A stretch of 64,000 nt of DNA from IMG/VR virus record IMGVR_UViG_3300021255_003843, positions 32,001 to 96,000 of that record, one strand, 5' to 3'. The notes beneath the pieces are model-generated. The model searched no databases and had not been told where the DNA came from. It saw only the letters and a list, made by a program, of their open reading frames with translations. The DNA comes from a virus. Taxonomy: Duplodnaviria; Caudoviricetes. This document shows positions 23,001 through 31,445 of this stretch, piece by piece (the stretch's first letter is position 1; each line of letters starts with the position of its first letter). The position numbers were made by a program, and so were the translations under genes.

Positions 23001-26000
23001 TTCATCTATGTCTCTTTGTAATTTATCTATATGATCCTGACCTTGAGTAACAAATATTTTCCAATTTTTGCCAGCTTCTTCTGCGCTTTCAAATCCTTTC
23101 TTAACACCGTCAAGCGTACCAGCTAAATCGTTAAGAGAACCTATAAAAGCCTGTTGATCAGAAGCGGACATATTGCCCTTTGCTTTTTCCCAAGCCTCGC
23201 CATATTTCTGAACTTCATCAATTTGTTTCTGTAAAGGTTGTAAACCTTCTTTTCTGTTTTTAGAATAAGAATCAGCTAGCTTAATTTGCTGTTGAGCCTT
23301 TAATGTCGGGTCGTTTTGATCTACAAAATTTTTACGAGCGGAACCGATAGCTCCGGCAACACCAAGAACACCAGCGATCGCGACAACGGAAGCCAGTGTG
23401 CTAACCAGACCCGCCGCGCCTTTGAAAGTGTTAGAGGCAGCATTAACGATCAGCAGTTTAGTGGCTAGCGCAGCAAGCGCGCCGCCAATCACAACAGCAG
23501 CGGTAGACACAGGCCCAGCAACAGACGTGAGATCTTTCAGTCCACCGACAAAGCCAGTAACCATATCGACAGAGCTCACAAAGAACTGGTTGCTCGACAT
23601 GCTTGAAACCAAGCCATCGTAAGTAGCCTTCAATTCTTCCATCGCAGCCGTAATACTCTTCACAGCGATAGCATACTTGCTATCTGTCGTGCCTTCACTA
23701 TTCTCGGCTAAGCCAAGTAATCTGTCTAACTCAGCACCGCCGTCTTCTCCCATGCCTTCCATCAAGGTCTGGAACACGTTCGTCTGCCTGCCGCCAGCCA
23801 TTGTATACGTAATGTTATTGCGCTGAATATCATTCAGACTTCCCCAAACCTTAGACAGATCGCGAAGCACATCGAAGCTGTTTCTAAAGCTCTTGCCACC
23901 GCTTTCACGTAACTGAATGCCAGCGCCGGACAGAGCTTTTTCAACATCGTTGATTGACACGGAAGCGCCCGTCTCGTCGTTGACATAACCCTGATTCGTA
24001 ACACGATTCATGCGTGAGAAGATCGTCTGCATAGCAGTACCGATTACCTGGCCGCTCATCTGAGTTTTACTGATACCGATCGTCAGCATTGACGTTAATT
24101 CTTCGTAGCTGACACCAGCAACCTTCGCAGCGGCAGCGGACTTCTGCATACCCTTGAAGATCTCATTAGCTGTCGTAGCCGCGCTGTCGCCCAAAGCGGT
24201 CAGCGCGTCCATCGCTTCTTCAGCGGAGTTTACGAGGCCGTTCTGTATAGCAGTGGTGATTGCCTTGCCGGCGTCTGTCACCTTTGCGCCAGTAACGGTG
24301 GCGAATTTGATGATCGCGCCAGTACGGTCCTCTACCTGCTGGTCATTTAAACCCTGGCGATAAAGGTCCGACTCAACGGATGCAACGTTAGCAACGCTCG
24401 TCTTCAGCTCGATAGCGCGATCGACCGTCGCCTTTTTGACAGCCTGCATCTGCTCATCCGTCTTCATCGTAATCGCCTGGATGCCACGCATCTGGCTATC
24501 AAACTGCACAACAAAGTTCTTAGCTTCGGTAAACGCCTGACGGATCATCTTCCTGCCGAAGCTCTGCAGCAGTTTATCCGCAGCGGTTGCCGCCGTCTCT
24601 AAACCGGCAGCAAGCATATTGCCAATTGTCTTGAAGTTGCCGGCAGTGTCGCCGAACTCCTTCATTGCTTCCTTCGTGCTCTCGAGTGCCTCACGATAAT
24701 GGTCAAGACTTGCCGTAGCAGAATCATATTGAGCCTGCGCAAGGTTCCTGTCTTCGTCGGTAGCGGCATTATCAATAGCGTTCTTGGCAGCAAGCTGCTG
24801 TTCTTCCATCCGCTTGACCATCATATCGTTGTAGTTATATTGGCTACGATACTGATCATACATGTTCTGACGCTGGAGGTAAGTGCGACTCAGAGGATCA
24901 ATTGCAGTTCTCGATTGCCAGTTGCGGTTCATCTGCTCGACCTGCATCTCGGCACGCTTAGCTTGCATGATCTCTTGTTCGCCGCGAAGCTCTGCCTGCT
25001 TCTGACGCTGGCGAATACGCTCGTTGTAAGCAGCTTCTTCGCGTTTCACGTAATCATCGTTAAAGCGTTCAAGCGGCTTAAGGCGCTCATCTTTTTGTTC
25101 TTGTGTCAGATCAGACTTGCGGATTCTGTCAGCAATCTTGCGAGCATTATCTACATTTTTCTGCGCTTTATCTCTGACAGCTTCAACACCTTCAAGATAC
25201 CTCGAGACATCAATATTTTGCTCGTCGTATTTACGCTTATAATCTTCGAAGGTAGTGTTTACTATCTTCGCTTCATCTTCTGTAATAAACCCAGTCTTCT
25301 GTTTCTTCCGGTTGATCCTGGCTTGCTCTTCTCTAAAATCAAGGAAAGATTTTTCTTTATCAATATCGTATTTATCAACATCGGCCATGTAGGTGCTTAA
25401 CACCTGAGCAACGCGAGCTCTATCCTGCAGTTTAAGATGCTGCTGTTGAAACATCGTATTCTCGTCGATTTGCTGAGTAAGCACAGAATACGGTTCCATC
25501 TTCTTAGCAACTTCTTCGTCGCTCATGCCTTGATCTTTATATACTTTCTCCAACCTTTCACTCAGCTGAGAAACAACTTCTTTCGCTTCGTTTGCTCCTT
25601 GCTTCAGCTGCTGGAACGGGTCTTTGATAACAGTACCTTTTATTTTATCAAGCAGATTTGTTATATCTGCTTCTTTCATCTTGCCAGTTTCTTCTCTCGC
25701 ACCAGCAAGATAAGTGTCAGTTTCTGCTAAACGCTCTTCGTAAAGTTTTCGCTCAGCTGGGCTGAACGGATACTTCTCACGATCCTGCAAATGTTTCTGA
25801 AGTTCATTGCGATAATCTTCGACAGCCTGCAGCTGGTTGTTATACTCTTCGAACTGAACATCGAGCGCGGAAACTTTATTGGCACGCTTACGATTTGTTT
25901 TATCTAGATTCTCATATAAGCGTTTTGCTTTAAGTTCAGTGGTGTCAGCAAAGTCTTGATTCATCTGCTGCATCAAGTCTTTGCGTCCACCAACCAATTC

Positions 26001-29000
26001 TTTAAACTCCTGCTTCATGGCAGGCGGCAGCTGATCAAACTCTTCGCCATTCTTAATAAAATCTTCAAGCTGTCTATAAACAAAGCCAACGTTCGCAGCC
26101 CTGCTTCCGTAATAAGTTTCTGCTTGAGACTTACCTTCAAGCTCATTCTCTTTCTTTAGAAGACCAGACAAGAACTGCTGCTTCACGCTGTCAACACTGG
26201 ACCGCAAAGTGTTAGCATGTTCTTGAGCTTGAATGTAAGTATAAGCCTTACCAAGTTGAGCATTCTCATCTAAGATACGCTGACGTTGCGCTGTTATATC
26301 GCGATAAGCCTGCATATCAATCCCGCTGCCAGCAGCGAGTTGATCAACTTCGTCGTATACGCGCGCTACTTGAGCAGCTTCGGCCTCGGCTTTCGCGAGA
26401 TCACCGTCTACCGCGTAAATACGTTTAGAAGCTTCAATAGCCTCTTCTTTTGTCATATCCGGAGAATAGCGAGCCTGATCTTCCTGCGGCAACGTACTCT
26501 TGATCTGATTCATCTGCTCTTCGTGCTGTTTCGTCTCGATCTCAATACGCTGTAATTCAGCTTGATTCTCCTGTAGCTTTTTCTCAACTGCTTCACGCTG
26601 CAGCACGGTATCCTTGCCAGTGAAAGTAAAATCTAAACCGCCCTTCTGCCCTAAGAATAATTCTGGCAGAAGCTTCGCAGGATCGTCTGTACGGAACACA
26701 GAGCTAATATTTGGCTGGTTGATACCTCTTTCGATGAAACCCTGGGCTGCAGTAATACCATATTCGTTCATCTTCTTTTGAACATAAGAATCGAACGAAA
26801 CCTCAGAGCCATCTTCCATTTTAATCATGCCACCTTGGGCTTTTTGATATGCTTCTTCCTCGATTTCACGCTTAGATGCTATAATCATAGCCTGCATATC
26901 ATCAAGCTCTTCTGCAGACATCGGAGCCATCGGGTTAGCAATATCATACGCCTTCATTGTGCGAAGGTTCTTCATCAACGCTTGCGTTGTTTCGCCTGCT
27001 CCGCCATAACCCATATGTTCAAGAGCTTGAAGCAGAGCGTACGTGCGTTCCATATTGACGCCTTTAGACGCAACCTGAGATACAGCGCGCATTGTTCCAA
27101 CGTCTGTTGTGTTAAAAATAGAACGGAAGTTGATCTTATCAAAACCAAGATCGCGAAGTTCCTTCATGTTGATAGGAATCTCATGTCCGTTTACTGTTGC
27201 GGTGTAGATGTCCTCAGGAGAAGGAACATCCATGTTGTCGCGGCCTGTTACGTTAAACAGGCGACTAAAACGAGACGGAAGCTTAGACCATTGAGCACCA
27301 GCGTATAAAGCCTTCTTCATCTGAGGAGTTGCTTCAGTAGATGTAGCGTGCTTTAACCCGGCGGTAGCTTGGTCGTAAGTAGGTGTGCTTTGAATTGCCG
27401 CTGCTAAAAGATCTTTATTTTCAGGAGCGTATATATCAAACATTGCTGCACGACGCGCAGAAGCGTCGGCAGCACCCATTTCGTTTGTAACATCTTGACT
27501 TGTTTGAAAGAATAAACGACGATGAAGCGGATTGTCTACATTTTTAGCCGCTTCGGCAGGCATATCTACCTTCTTAATAATGGGCTCCGTACTTCCTTCA
27601 AAATCCTGAATGGCTTTTTCTTGAATGGCAACTACTTCAGCAAACGCTTCAGCTAAATCGCCATAAATCGTTTTTGCTTTATCCCCATCTAAGTCTGCGC
27701 TACCAAGCGTCGCCAAATCCGCCTCAGAAGCGAATAAGCCACTCGTAGTTTGCCCGAAAACTTTATATATATCTCTCGCTAAATTAGCATAGTTTTTGCC
27801 AACAACAAAGTTGCCAAACAGAGAAGGGCTTCTTTGAACAGCAACTTTTTTAGCATCAGGTCTGGCAAAGTCAACAAGTTGACCCTTGTTTAATGCGAAC
27901 ACACCTTCGAGATCTTCGTCACTAATGGTTAAAGCTGTGCCAGTTTTTTCTTGATATTGTTGACGGATTCTTTTCAGCAAGTCAGACCTACTAAGGCCAT
28001 TGATCGTTTCAAGACCTAGTATGGACGCCAGAGGAGACTTATTGATAGTCTGGTTAATAACAGAAGGGTTTGTACCAAAATCTATCCATTCACCAGAAGA
28101 CATGCGCTCTGTCAATGATTCAATCTCGTTCTGCACCCAGCTTTGCACGGCACTGCTGTTCACGTTTAGCTTGCCGCTTCTGATCTGCTTACCGAGATAG
28201 TTGTCAGGATCAGCAAACAAATATTCTCTGATGCCAGCCTCAGAACTTAACAGGTTGATGCGTCTATCAAATTCGTCGATTTGTTGTTGACGCATCTTCG
28301 GACTGAGGTTCATAAAGGCCATTGCTTGAGTGCCGATACCTTTTGCTCTTGTTTCAGCATCATCATATGTGCTCATACTCGACATGCCATAATGCTGAAG
28401 CATCGCCGTAAAACCTTTGCTGATCTCTTCAGGAGTGTGGAAGTTCGAGTACGCCTGCATGTTTTTAATCGTAGAAGCATCAACGAAGCCATGGTAATCG
28501 GTTAAGTCAATGTTGCCGCCAACGCCAGGCAAGATAAACCGACCGTTGGCGTCCGTTAAGCCGGCAGCTTTTGCCCATTCGCCAACAGTCTTATAACCGG
28601 AGATTTGGTGGAACGTACCCTTGCCGGCAACACCCATACGGCCCTGGAAATCTTTTTCAGGTAGAATACCATCCATGAACCAGCCGATACCATCGGCAAG
28701 CTTCTGCTTCACATTTTCATCATTGATTTGAGACAGATCAACAACAGCAAAGTTGCGATTCTTGAAATTGCCATGTGTGTCCCAGCTGTTTGACCAACCT
28801 TTACCGGTTGCATCGAAGTGTTTTCTCAAGCTTTCAATGTCTTTGAATTCATAAGCAGAATCAACGAAATCATTCCAGAAATTAGCGCCCTTACCGTCGG
28901 CAGTTACAAAGCCATGCTTCTGAGCCCATTCCTGCTCACGCTTCATGACAGCTTCATAAGCTTGCTGCTCAATCATGCGGACACCAGCATGAGTACCAGT

Positions 29001-30410
29001 GCCGTGCATATTCTGAGCAATATACCTCTTGCCGCTCGGACCAATAGGCACAGCCTTGCCACTCAGCAACTCTTCAATAAAAGCCTGCTGTTTCGGATCA
29101 TTTCGATCATAACCATCAGCGCTGACAAAGATGACCTTGTCAGTAAAATCATTATGATGGCCTTCAAGGCCGAGCATTCTCGTGTTCTGCGATTCACTGA
29201 GCATGACGCGAGAACTTTTTCCGGTATTATTAAACAGATCGCCGACAGTGTATTTAGCAATCTCATATTGCTCAAGCATATGCTTTGTAGATCTACCGAG
29301 CTTCTCAAAACCTCTGCCAAGAGATCCCGCGTCAGACCAATCTTTGTCAGAACCAATGCCGTCAATGTCACTCATGATGCTAAGCAGACGGCCGGCAGAA
29401 GAAGAGGTCATGCGGCTTACAAGCTGGCGTGCCTCTTTGCTCGTCATATCTTCTAAGCCTTTGAAAATATCAACACGCTGGCTATCTCTGCCAGAAGCTC
29501 GCTTCACGAAAGACGTGAACAGGTTACGCCTGAAATCATCAAGCATCTGCGGAGTGATTTCTCTAATCAGAGACAGTTCACCATTGTCCTCAAGTTTCGT
29601 CATGCCTTTGACGCCGTAAGCAGCTCTCGCGGCTTCATCATTGTCTCTGATTAAATCTCTGAGCTGCGTTCGATTGTAGGCAGACAGGATGCGAGAACCA
29701 CTCGGCATTGCCATAGAAGTATAGCCTTTATTCTTATAACTCTCCCTGAAACTTGCAGGAAGCAGGTCTACAGGCTGAGCAGTGGTGTTATTATTCCTGA
29801 GAATATGCCCATACCTTGCGCGCTGATATTCTGCGGTGTTAAAAGCAGGAAGAACGTTCGGGATCAGAGCTTCAACATATTTCTGATAGACATCGCTGCG
29901 AGTAATGCCGCCATGTCCCTTAGACATAAAGAACTCTTCAAAGGGTTTACTCTTCACGAACTCTCCGGCGGCCGTCTTAGCTGTCAAGCCAGCTAAGCGT
30001 GACGCCTGAGCTTTCAGCATAGAGGACAACTCGCCGGTTTCAGCGCTCAACTGCTGTCTGATCGTTTGCGAAAATCCATCAACAATGGATTTCGCAAACG
30101 ACGCTCCGAAAGCACCGTCCTGCCCAAACAGAGAGCTCATAGTCCCAAGCTCTTTCAAACCACTCTGCACATCTTGTACAAAATCCTGGTCATCGGTTCT
30201 ATTATTTAAGCGCGCCTTCGAGATTTTTTCTTGCAGCATATCTACGATCGAACTTGCGCGCTCAAGGCCTTCGTTTAATGCGCCCGTCATACTCGGCGCG
30301 TCTTCAAACGAGGTGCGAAGTTCGTTAAACTCTTGCTTAAAGTTCCGTAGTTGGCCTACAGCTTTATCAAGGTCTAACACTTCTACACTCAAAGATAGTT
30401 TGTCAGACAA
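14049..30410 (-). CDS. Giant tape measure protein (5453 aa) with N-terminal two-barrel RNA polymerase-like domain
   Basis: TMP core (FDSQM...LYRQG...ALGDSAATT...GTAMQTIFSRM, ~23.7-24.5 kb); C-terminal coiled coil and FDSGG..DFTG.AWVDGT..KPEAFL; upstream of Dit. N-terminal RNAP motifs D573-G, R591/K597-G, R860-S-P, D906-L-D-G-D910. Confidence 0.9.
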   Translation of the reverse strand: MSDKLSLSVEVLDLDKAVGQLRNFKQEFNELRTSFEDAPSMTGALNEGLERASSIVDMLQEKISKARLNNRTDDQDFVQDVQSGLKELGTMSSLFGQDGAFGASFAKSIVDGFSQTIRQQLSAETGELSSMLKAQASRLAGLTAKTAAGEFVKSKPFEEFFMSKGHGGITRSDVYQKYVEALIPNVLPAFNTAEYQRARYGHILRNNNTTAQPVDLLPASFRESYKNKGYTSMAMPSGSRILSAYNRTQLRDLIRDNDEAARAAYGVKGMTKLEDNGELSLIREITPQMLDDFRRNLFTSFVKRASGRDSQRVDIFKGLEDMTSKEARQLVSRMTSSSAGRLLSIMSDIDGIGSDKDWSDAGSLGRGFEKLGRSTKHMLEQYEIAKYTVGDLFNNTGKSSRVMLSESQNTRMLGLEGHHNDFTDKVIFVSADGYDRNDPKQQAFIEELLSGKAVPIGPSGKRYIAQNMHGTGTHAGVRMIEQQAYEAVMKREQEWAQKHGFVTADGKGANFWNDFVDSAYEFKDIESLRKHFDATGKGWSNSWDTHGNFKNRNFAVVDLSQINDENVKQKLADGIGWFMDGILPEKDFQGRMGVAGKGTFHQISGYKTVGEWAKAAGLTDANGRFILPGVGGNIDLTDYHGFVDASTIKNMQAYSNFHTPEEISKGFTAMLQHYGMSSMSTYDDAETRAKGIGTQAMAFMNLSPKMRQQQIDEFDRRINLLSSEAGIREYLFADPDNYLGKQIRSGKLNVNSSAVQSWVQNEIESLTERMSSGEWIDFGTNPSVINQTINKSPLASILGLETINGLSRSDLLKRIRQQYQEKTGTALTISDEDLEGVFALNKGQLVDFARPDAKKVAVQRSPSLFGNFVVGKNYANLARDIYKVFGQTTSGLFASEADLATLGSADLDGDKAKTIYGDLAEAFAEVVAIQEKAIQDFEGSTEPIIKKVDMPAEAAKNVDNPLHRRLFFQTSQDVTNEMGAADASARRAAMFDIYAPENKDLLAAAIQSTPTYDQATAGLKHATSTEATPQMKKALYAGAQWSKLPSRFSRLFNVTGRDNMDVPSPEDIYTATVNGHEIPINMKELRDLGFDKINFRSIFNTTDVGTMRAVSQVASKGVNMERTYALLQALEHMGYGGAGETTQALMKNLRTMKAYDIANPMAPMSAEELDDMQAMIIASKREIEEEAYQKAQGGMIKMEDGSEVSFDSYVQKKMNEYGITAAQGFIERGINQPNISSVFRTDDPAKLLPELFLGQKGGLDFTFTGKDTVLQREAVEKKLQENQAELQRIEIETKQHEEQMNQIKSTLPQEDQARYSPDMTKEEAIEASKRIYAVDGDLAKAEAEAAQVARVYDEVDQLAAGSGIDMQAYRDITAQRQRILDENAQLGKAYTYIQAQEHANTLRSSVDSVKQQFLSGLLKKENELEGKSQAETYYGSRAANVGFVYRQLEDFIKNGEEFDQLPPAMKQEFKELVGGRKDLMQQMNQDFADTTELKAKRLYENLDKTNRKRANKVSALDVQFEEYNNQLQAVEDYRNELQKHLQDREKYPFSPAERKLYEERLAETDTYLAGAREETGKMKEADITNLLDKIKGTVIKDPFQQLKQGANEAKEVVSQLSERLEKVYKDQGMSDEEVAKKMEPYSVLTQQIDENTMFQQQHLKLQDRARVAQVLSTYMADVDKYDIDKEKSFLDFREEQARINRKKQKTGFITEDEAKIVNTTFEDYKRKYDEQNIDVSRYLEGVEAVRDKAQKNVDNARKIADRIRKSDLTQEQKDERLKPLERFNDDYVKREEAAYNERIRQRQKQAELRGEQEIMQAKRAEMQVEQMNRNWQSRTAIDPLSRTYLQRQNMYDQYRSQYNYNDMMVKRMEEQQLAAKNAIDNAATDEDRNLAQAQYDSATASLDHYREALESTKEAMKEFGDTAGNFKTIGNMLAAGLETAATAADKLLQSFGRKMIRQAFTEAKNFVVQFDSQMRGIQAITMKTDEQMQAVKKATVDRAIELKTSVANVASVESDLYRQGLNDQQVEDRTGAIIKFATVTGAKVTDAGKAITTAIQNGLVNSAEEAMDALTALGDSAATTANEIFKGMQKSAAAAKVAGVSYEELTSMLTIGISKTQMSGQVIGTAMQTIFSRMNRVTNQGYVNDETGASVSINDVEKALSGAGIQLRESGGKSFRNSFDVLRDLSKVWGSLNDIQRNNITYTMAGGRQTNVFQTLMEGMGEDGGAELDRLLGLAENSEGTTDSKYAIAVKSITAAMEELKATYDGLVSSMSSNQFFVSSVDMVTGFVGGLKDLTSVAGPVSTAAVVIGGALAALATKLLIVNAASNTFKGAAGLVSTLASVVAIAGVLGVAGAIGSARKNFVDQNDPTLKAQQQIKLADSYSKNRKEGLQPLQKQIDEVQKYGEAWEKAKGNMSASDQQAFIGSLNDLAGTLDGVKKGFESAEEAGKNWKIFVTQGQDHIDKLQRDIDEDTIDMKYAAYEAAYKPDKLRDAYNASQHSVEHKNVGTSLNEKYLVNWASGTLPSDIADATSAITFDYADIMPDSIYDIDLSSEKAYEEFYQKALFSMLGIDVNDPKLNDKFKIYLNTDDGVSFLKKLGNETRARFSENVFTSITHLNPEHQKEFLNSFRNYLIGSKGQGIQKLYTDAYQQQREEEVDTFIGQILGDTDSLTGGDEEARKYLKDQLLKDTAQVLPEDLPDALHESLQRYLNTYKAPQQFQDAAKKANNKYKYFYTDENGKQLFGFDDLDKAEEAYRNYKQSIIQKTSDIIELNYDDFDINRIKTSAGLNAYRNLDQFVNDYSLNDKEYTDVYKNVLSYAMQASSYQDMADMISNVEKQIPNLTGVMTNDAEFAKMIKDLKVGTGKYTLDQFRDYLQGKVLQSSLTDYTASILSGNMSYGQELAAYNAINAGTASADQYDLIAKQWGVNRTNFDANRGLYMTLENSRLNKAREESAHGFNVYMQDLLGGFVKSMDEEEWNKLRKENKGLDFTDRIMELYANSITDESTRQEFQQFTQAAKSAGYRTTIGQDKQFSTTYTGQGYVEENPLAANGNNFYTSRQLRSVASNIVNFDLNADEAKKKYGEYLNEIKSAYPELYEWINTTDAARKKELETEIKIKFKSEGIEEVLKAGTLIKDLVELADQFSRNGIQKHEAQTTFNTELETMRNQAIAGQFANRLASGTIAWANIPSQYQELIKAGSSTYAGKSDKDFFGNEAAAAREYVAYLNSSDYRQALVNTYGSAIHAGLMTQAQAEQLGLTNGKGFQENWFNSVNYNRPNAAFDINQASMATTEEQAQKLVLKAAAQLNSGNFNVQLTEDELAAITSVYGSDVANAITTLNSSKITADRNNALDILKTAWLRLQERSGQVSDGLTNMVIQALSEGHGSAQTTSREALRDKMVQNINDVYDRVVAYNTISQYLNNGTELDAIDENLFSLIGINKNDFINADVTHRNITMTGASTDLNARLLQAQNDAAYSYDYLGAQYGTPILDAAMNKLGLNARYSDYSGAYGLFDRKTLSDLSGLTYENRSLYNPYKAMQSENSQYELANKLYGLISSNQFATPQAFGKYIENNLTPTEQAIWQNNSGSGILSNVYTMSGLIGNREADEYQLAEAEYRKAYNTRNLNRLQALSRITSDQAGWITGLYGTDDEIKTATEGINNWVSTIQQMSDIQEKSYDFAEAQSFIESMKSFSGFDKEVTADNWDDLKLSVGEELIRQNQYLPAFISLLNAANSDVGSDVMSGLGLSFDENGNLVGKNGESLLQGLWYDNWKNLYNTSGVFSNASNRAMIKDVLDNNMSLQQAGEKYLGQLGQSSELLRYLQLIEKQNNGETVDQKELDDLKKKAQESFTDNPFVGYTPQMTTAKTLEEISKLMEAGDGAKDMFAGLEDGIQSQLKSFPGLFDYLATYGSDSEAAAKAAKTLADAIRNEVIGALEEEGKVLSGLSNQLTTIANGNIIDSISQMNQLGQQITNLDEVQQAYKRLTSGQGIQRPEDWNTIKNAFNIGDNVIAQYQSGERSLANDYGYAMEEVEKLRNTTVSTAVDQILVDQLGDAAYETKQPEGFLERIKVMLGMSKPGRTQKSTSDMITGMTDAQVAEVNQRLRASQLGEIVRGENGQWQMQYGGKADAQLTWAQQLARALDTRAALGQGDQSTDYQAMLNSFELSNGNLGDFRSYVDLVQRTNGYKTTAATDLLSNTDFLAAIERGDVDAIRAMLLNGAYGITAPNATRMTTSGVSEYITAALNGDKAKLEELRKNNPTMLDYLTNNVQGFNEAYSAVMSGQQLEKYQIDALKAGSAYQTVYERERNGELKAGSAELAQRLADIDRTKGPTREERRLISAEGSELQRTSQAAQIAQTMYDNQANLTETDWEYLQTKAQLTDEEIKEYKKTPEKLKDLAKDLKGDQQKIRDSLEAAIVGAFPELSSLSDLAKDGNQKIRELVEQLLDMSGLQLTEKDGQITGISEITDNRTAYEILTQGAAANVEPEKEAETYKNRLARLAMQSSDQESLIAAINSDAELLDYLKKDEGARMLGSGFDEIFYNSEHGWTYDQMRNALIQGTGYAPLYRDQLFNNNMEIARQQFGEGFGTSSSLNLNTEQLATVQSYIASHEDFAQWLSDIEGGADLLYAIGNATEDFTYDMTALNGEFSARKIEQYNKFNKASKDIASGVRALSGDIKDSNAYMKSFRQGINAIANNQYYREKYKKGDRSNDVLSAIAQGTGLDKKDLRKGGTPVQQAIKDWETEDKQAIDNYLNTAGTMLTEGLQGTFNEKLQNLGLDGSQIQLLVDKGQVTVDLSQLANEATGAAQAQIQEIMATLSRMGMQATGVVTSDGSNIKLQFQTTDLGKGRSGGGGGGGGGGKSAAQKLLERLKREQALLNHEIKMIQYQETKYENASEIGNQNRMIELENDAQKRLIATLEKHIETTKKQMARTKKNSDDWKSLYDSVLAYEEAIEEANIAIQENTKKIEENEQAILKLHTDLETEVDTEINNRIQRERDMLAGTVSMQDAIIEAIRARYRAEWALIEKDIEKKRAALEEEKNLIDERLQRRKDAEDEAEKYEELSEYKKQLALIEMDSTRTKDAAKLREQIAKIEKEIAWDVAEDEADYQKEQIDSQLQAYDDFVNYGGEDLEAWLEDANNLADEVNQVMQMSQEGMLDWLKANVEEYGLAMDAAQKQMIQGWIDTYEQMIGYTHTYWEEIADILSGKDLFLNYMMASQDYINASEDEQKQMLYDWGEMYDNWIAAQKRDAVYSHSDNGLSGIGTNGSSKKSGSGSGSGNNANTTTDADRINVQDNNGAYVDNSRALHYDTASSGTDKIGSTSKVAQTISATANKLADNVKKLFGFDSGGLVDFTGPAWVDGTKAKPEAFLSADDTALIRSFLDEAKVVRYRSTISNIDSNSFSGNSQNIGELVINITEAQFKDDADFDEVAQRVGQKFVKELSKQGFNTMSYSF

Positions 30411-30592
30411 TTCAAACTCCTCCTTTGTATTTTATTGACGTATACTTACCGATATGCTACAGTCCGCAGGAGTATATGTCTTATGGATTTATAGTTTTTT
30501 AAAATTTGGTAAAAAAATAAGGGACAGGTATGCCGTACAATTCGCAGAGCTGATATTAAAAGATTTATTTTACGGAAGCGATTGAGTTTATC

Positions 30593-30621
30593 TTGACATC
30601 CTCCCTGTGTTTGAGTACAAT
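30593..30621 (+). promoter_or_regulatory. sigmaA-type promoter for opposite-strand orphan gene
   Basis: TTGACA-17 nt-TACAAT, followed by AAGGAGG and ATG at 30649. Confidence 0.75.
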
Positions 30622-30648
30622 AAACGTACTAAAAACAAGGAGGTCTCC

Positions 30649-30982
30649 TATGAACTACAATGATGACCAGGCCGACATCATGAGTATGATCGATAATTTC
30701 AACGAAGAGGAATATTTTAAAACACATGACGTTCCTAAAGCTCAGGATGATCCTAAAGTAATTCTTGCAGAATTCCTTCAGAGATTAGAGTGGGTCTACG
30801 GCGCACGCTTAGGAATCACTGATCCTCGCAAGGCAAAACTCAATGTAGCTAAGCACTTGATGTCTGTAAACAAAAACCTCAGGCCTCACGTCTTATATCC
30901 TGAGTTCTTCAACGGCAACGATTATCCAATTCAATCTGCTTTTGATAAAGAAGCAAATAAAGATACAGAGTATCCGTTCTAA
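30649..30982 (+). CDS. Hypothetical moron-like protein (ends DTEYPF)
   Basis: Own promoter and RBS; opposite strand to the tail operon. Confidence 0.75.
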
Positions 30983-30991
30983 CGGATACTC

Positions 30992-31423
30992 TTATTCATC
31001 AGCCTTCTTTTTCGCAAAATTAATATTGGAAGGCAGCGTAGCCTTCACTTCAAGTTCCTTCTCCTTGACATCAAGCTCTTCTTCCTTCTCTTTAACCTTC
31101 TTGTCGCGTTCTAAATAATTAAGCAGATTCAACATCAACTGGTTCTCTTCCTGAGTGATTGCAGGATCGATAACTTCCTCAATCGTCTTGGCAACCCAGG
31201 CAGCAATAATGTTCATCTTGTTGTTCATGATGTTTCTTTTTTCAACTTCAAGCTTAATCGCTTCAATCAACTCTTCTTCACTGATCACTTCATCATGGTC
31301 GAGCAGCCCTGCAATACGCAACGCTTCCTTATATCGCGGTTCAAGAAAACACAATCCGTTGCCGGCATCGACGACAACAAGCTCAATAGCCTGATTGATA
31401 ATATCGTAATAATTCATAATCAA
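30992..31423 (-). CDS. Hypothetical protein
   Basis: ORF with AAAGGA RBS; helical/charged. Confidence 0.7.
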   Translation of the reverse strand: MIMNYYDIINQAIELVVVDAGNGLCFLEPRYKEALRIAGLLDHDEVISEEELIEAIKLEVEKRNIMNNKMNIIAAWVAKTIEEVIDPAITQEENQLMLNLLNYLERDKKVKEKEEELDVKEKELEVKATLPSNINFAKKKADE

Positions 31424-31445
31424 TTTCCTTTCTTCCTTTTCGATT

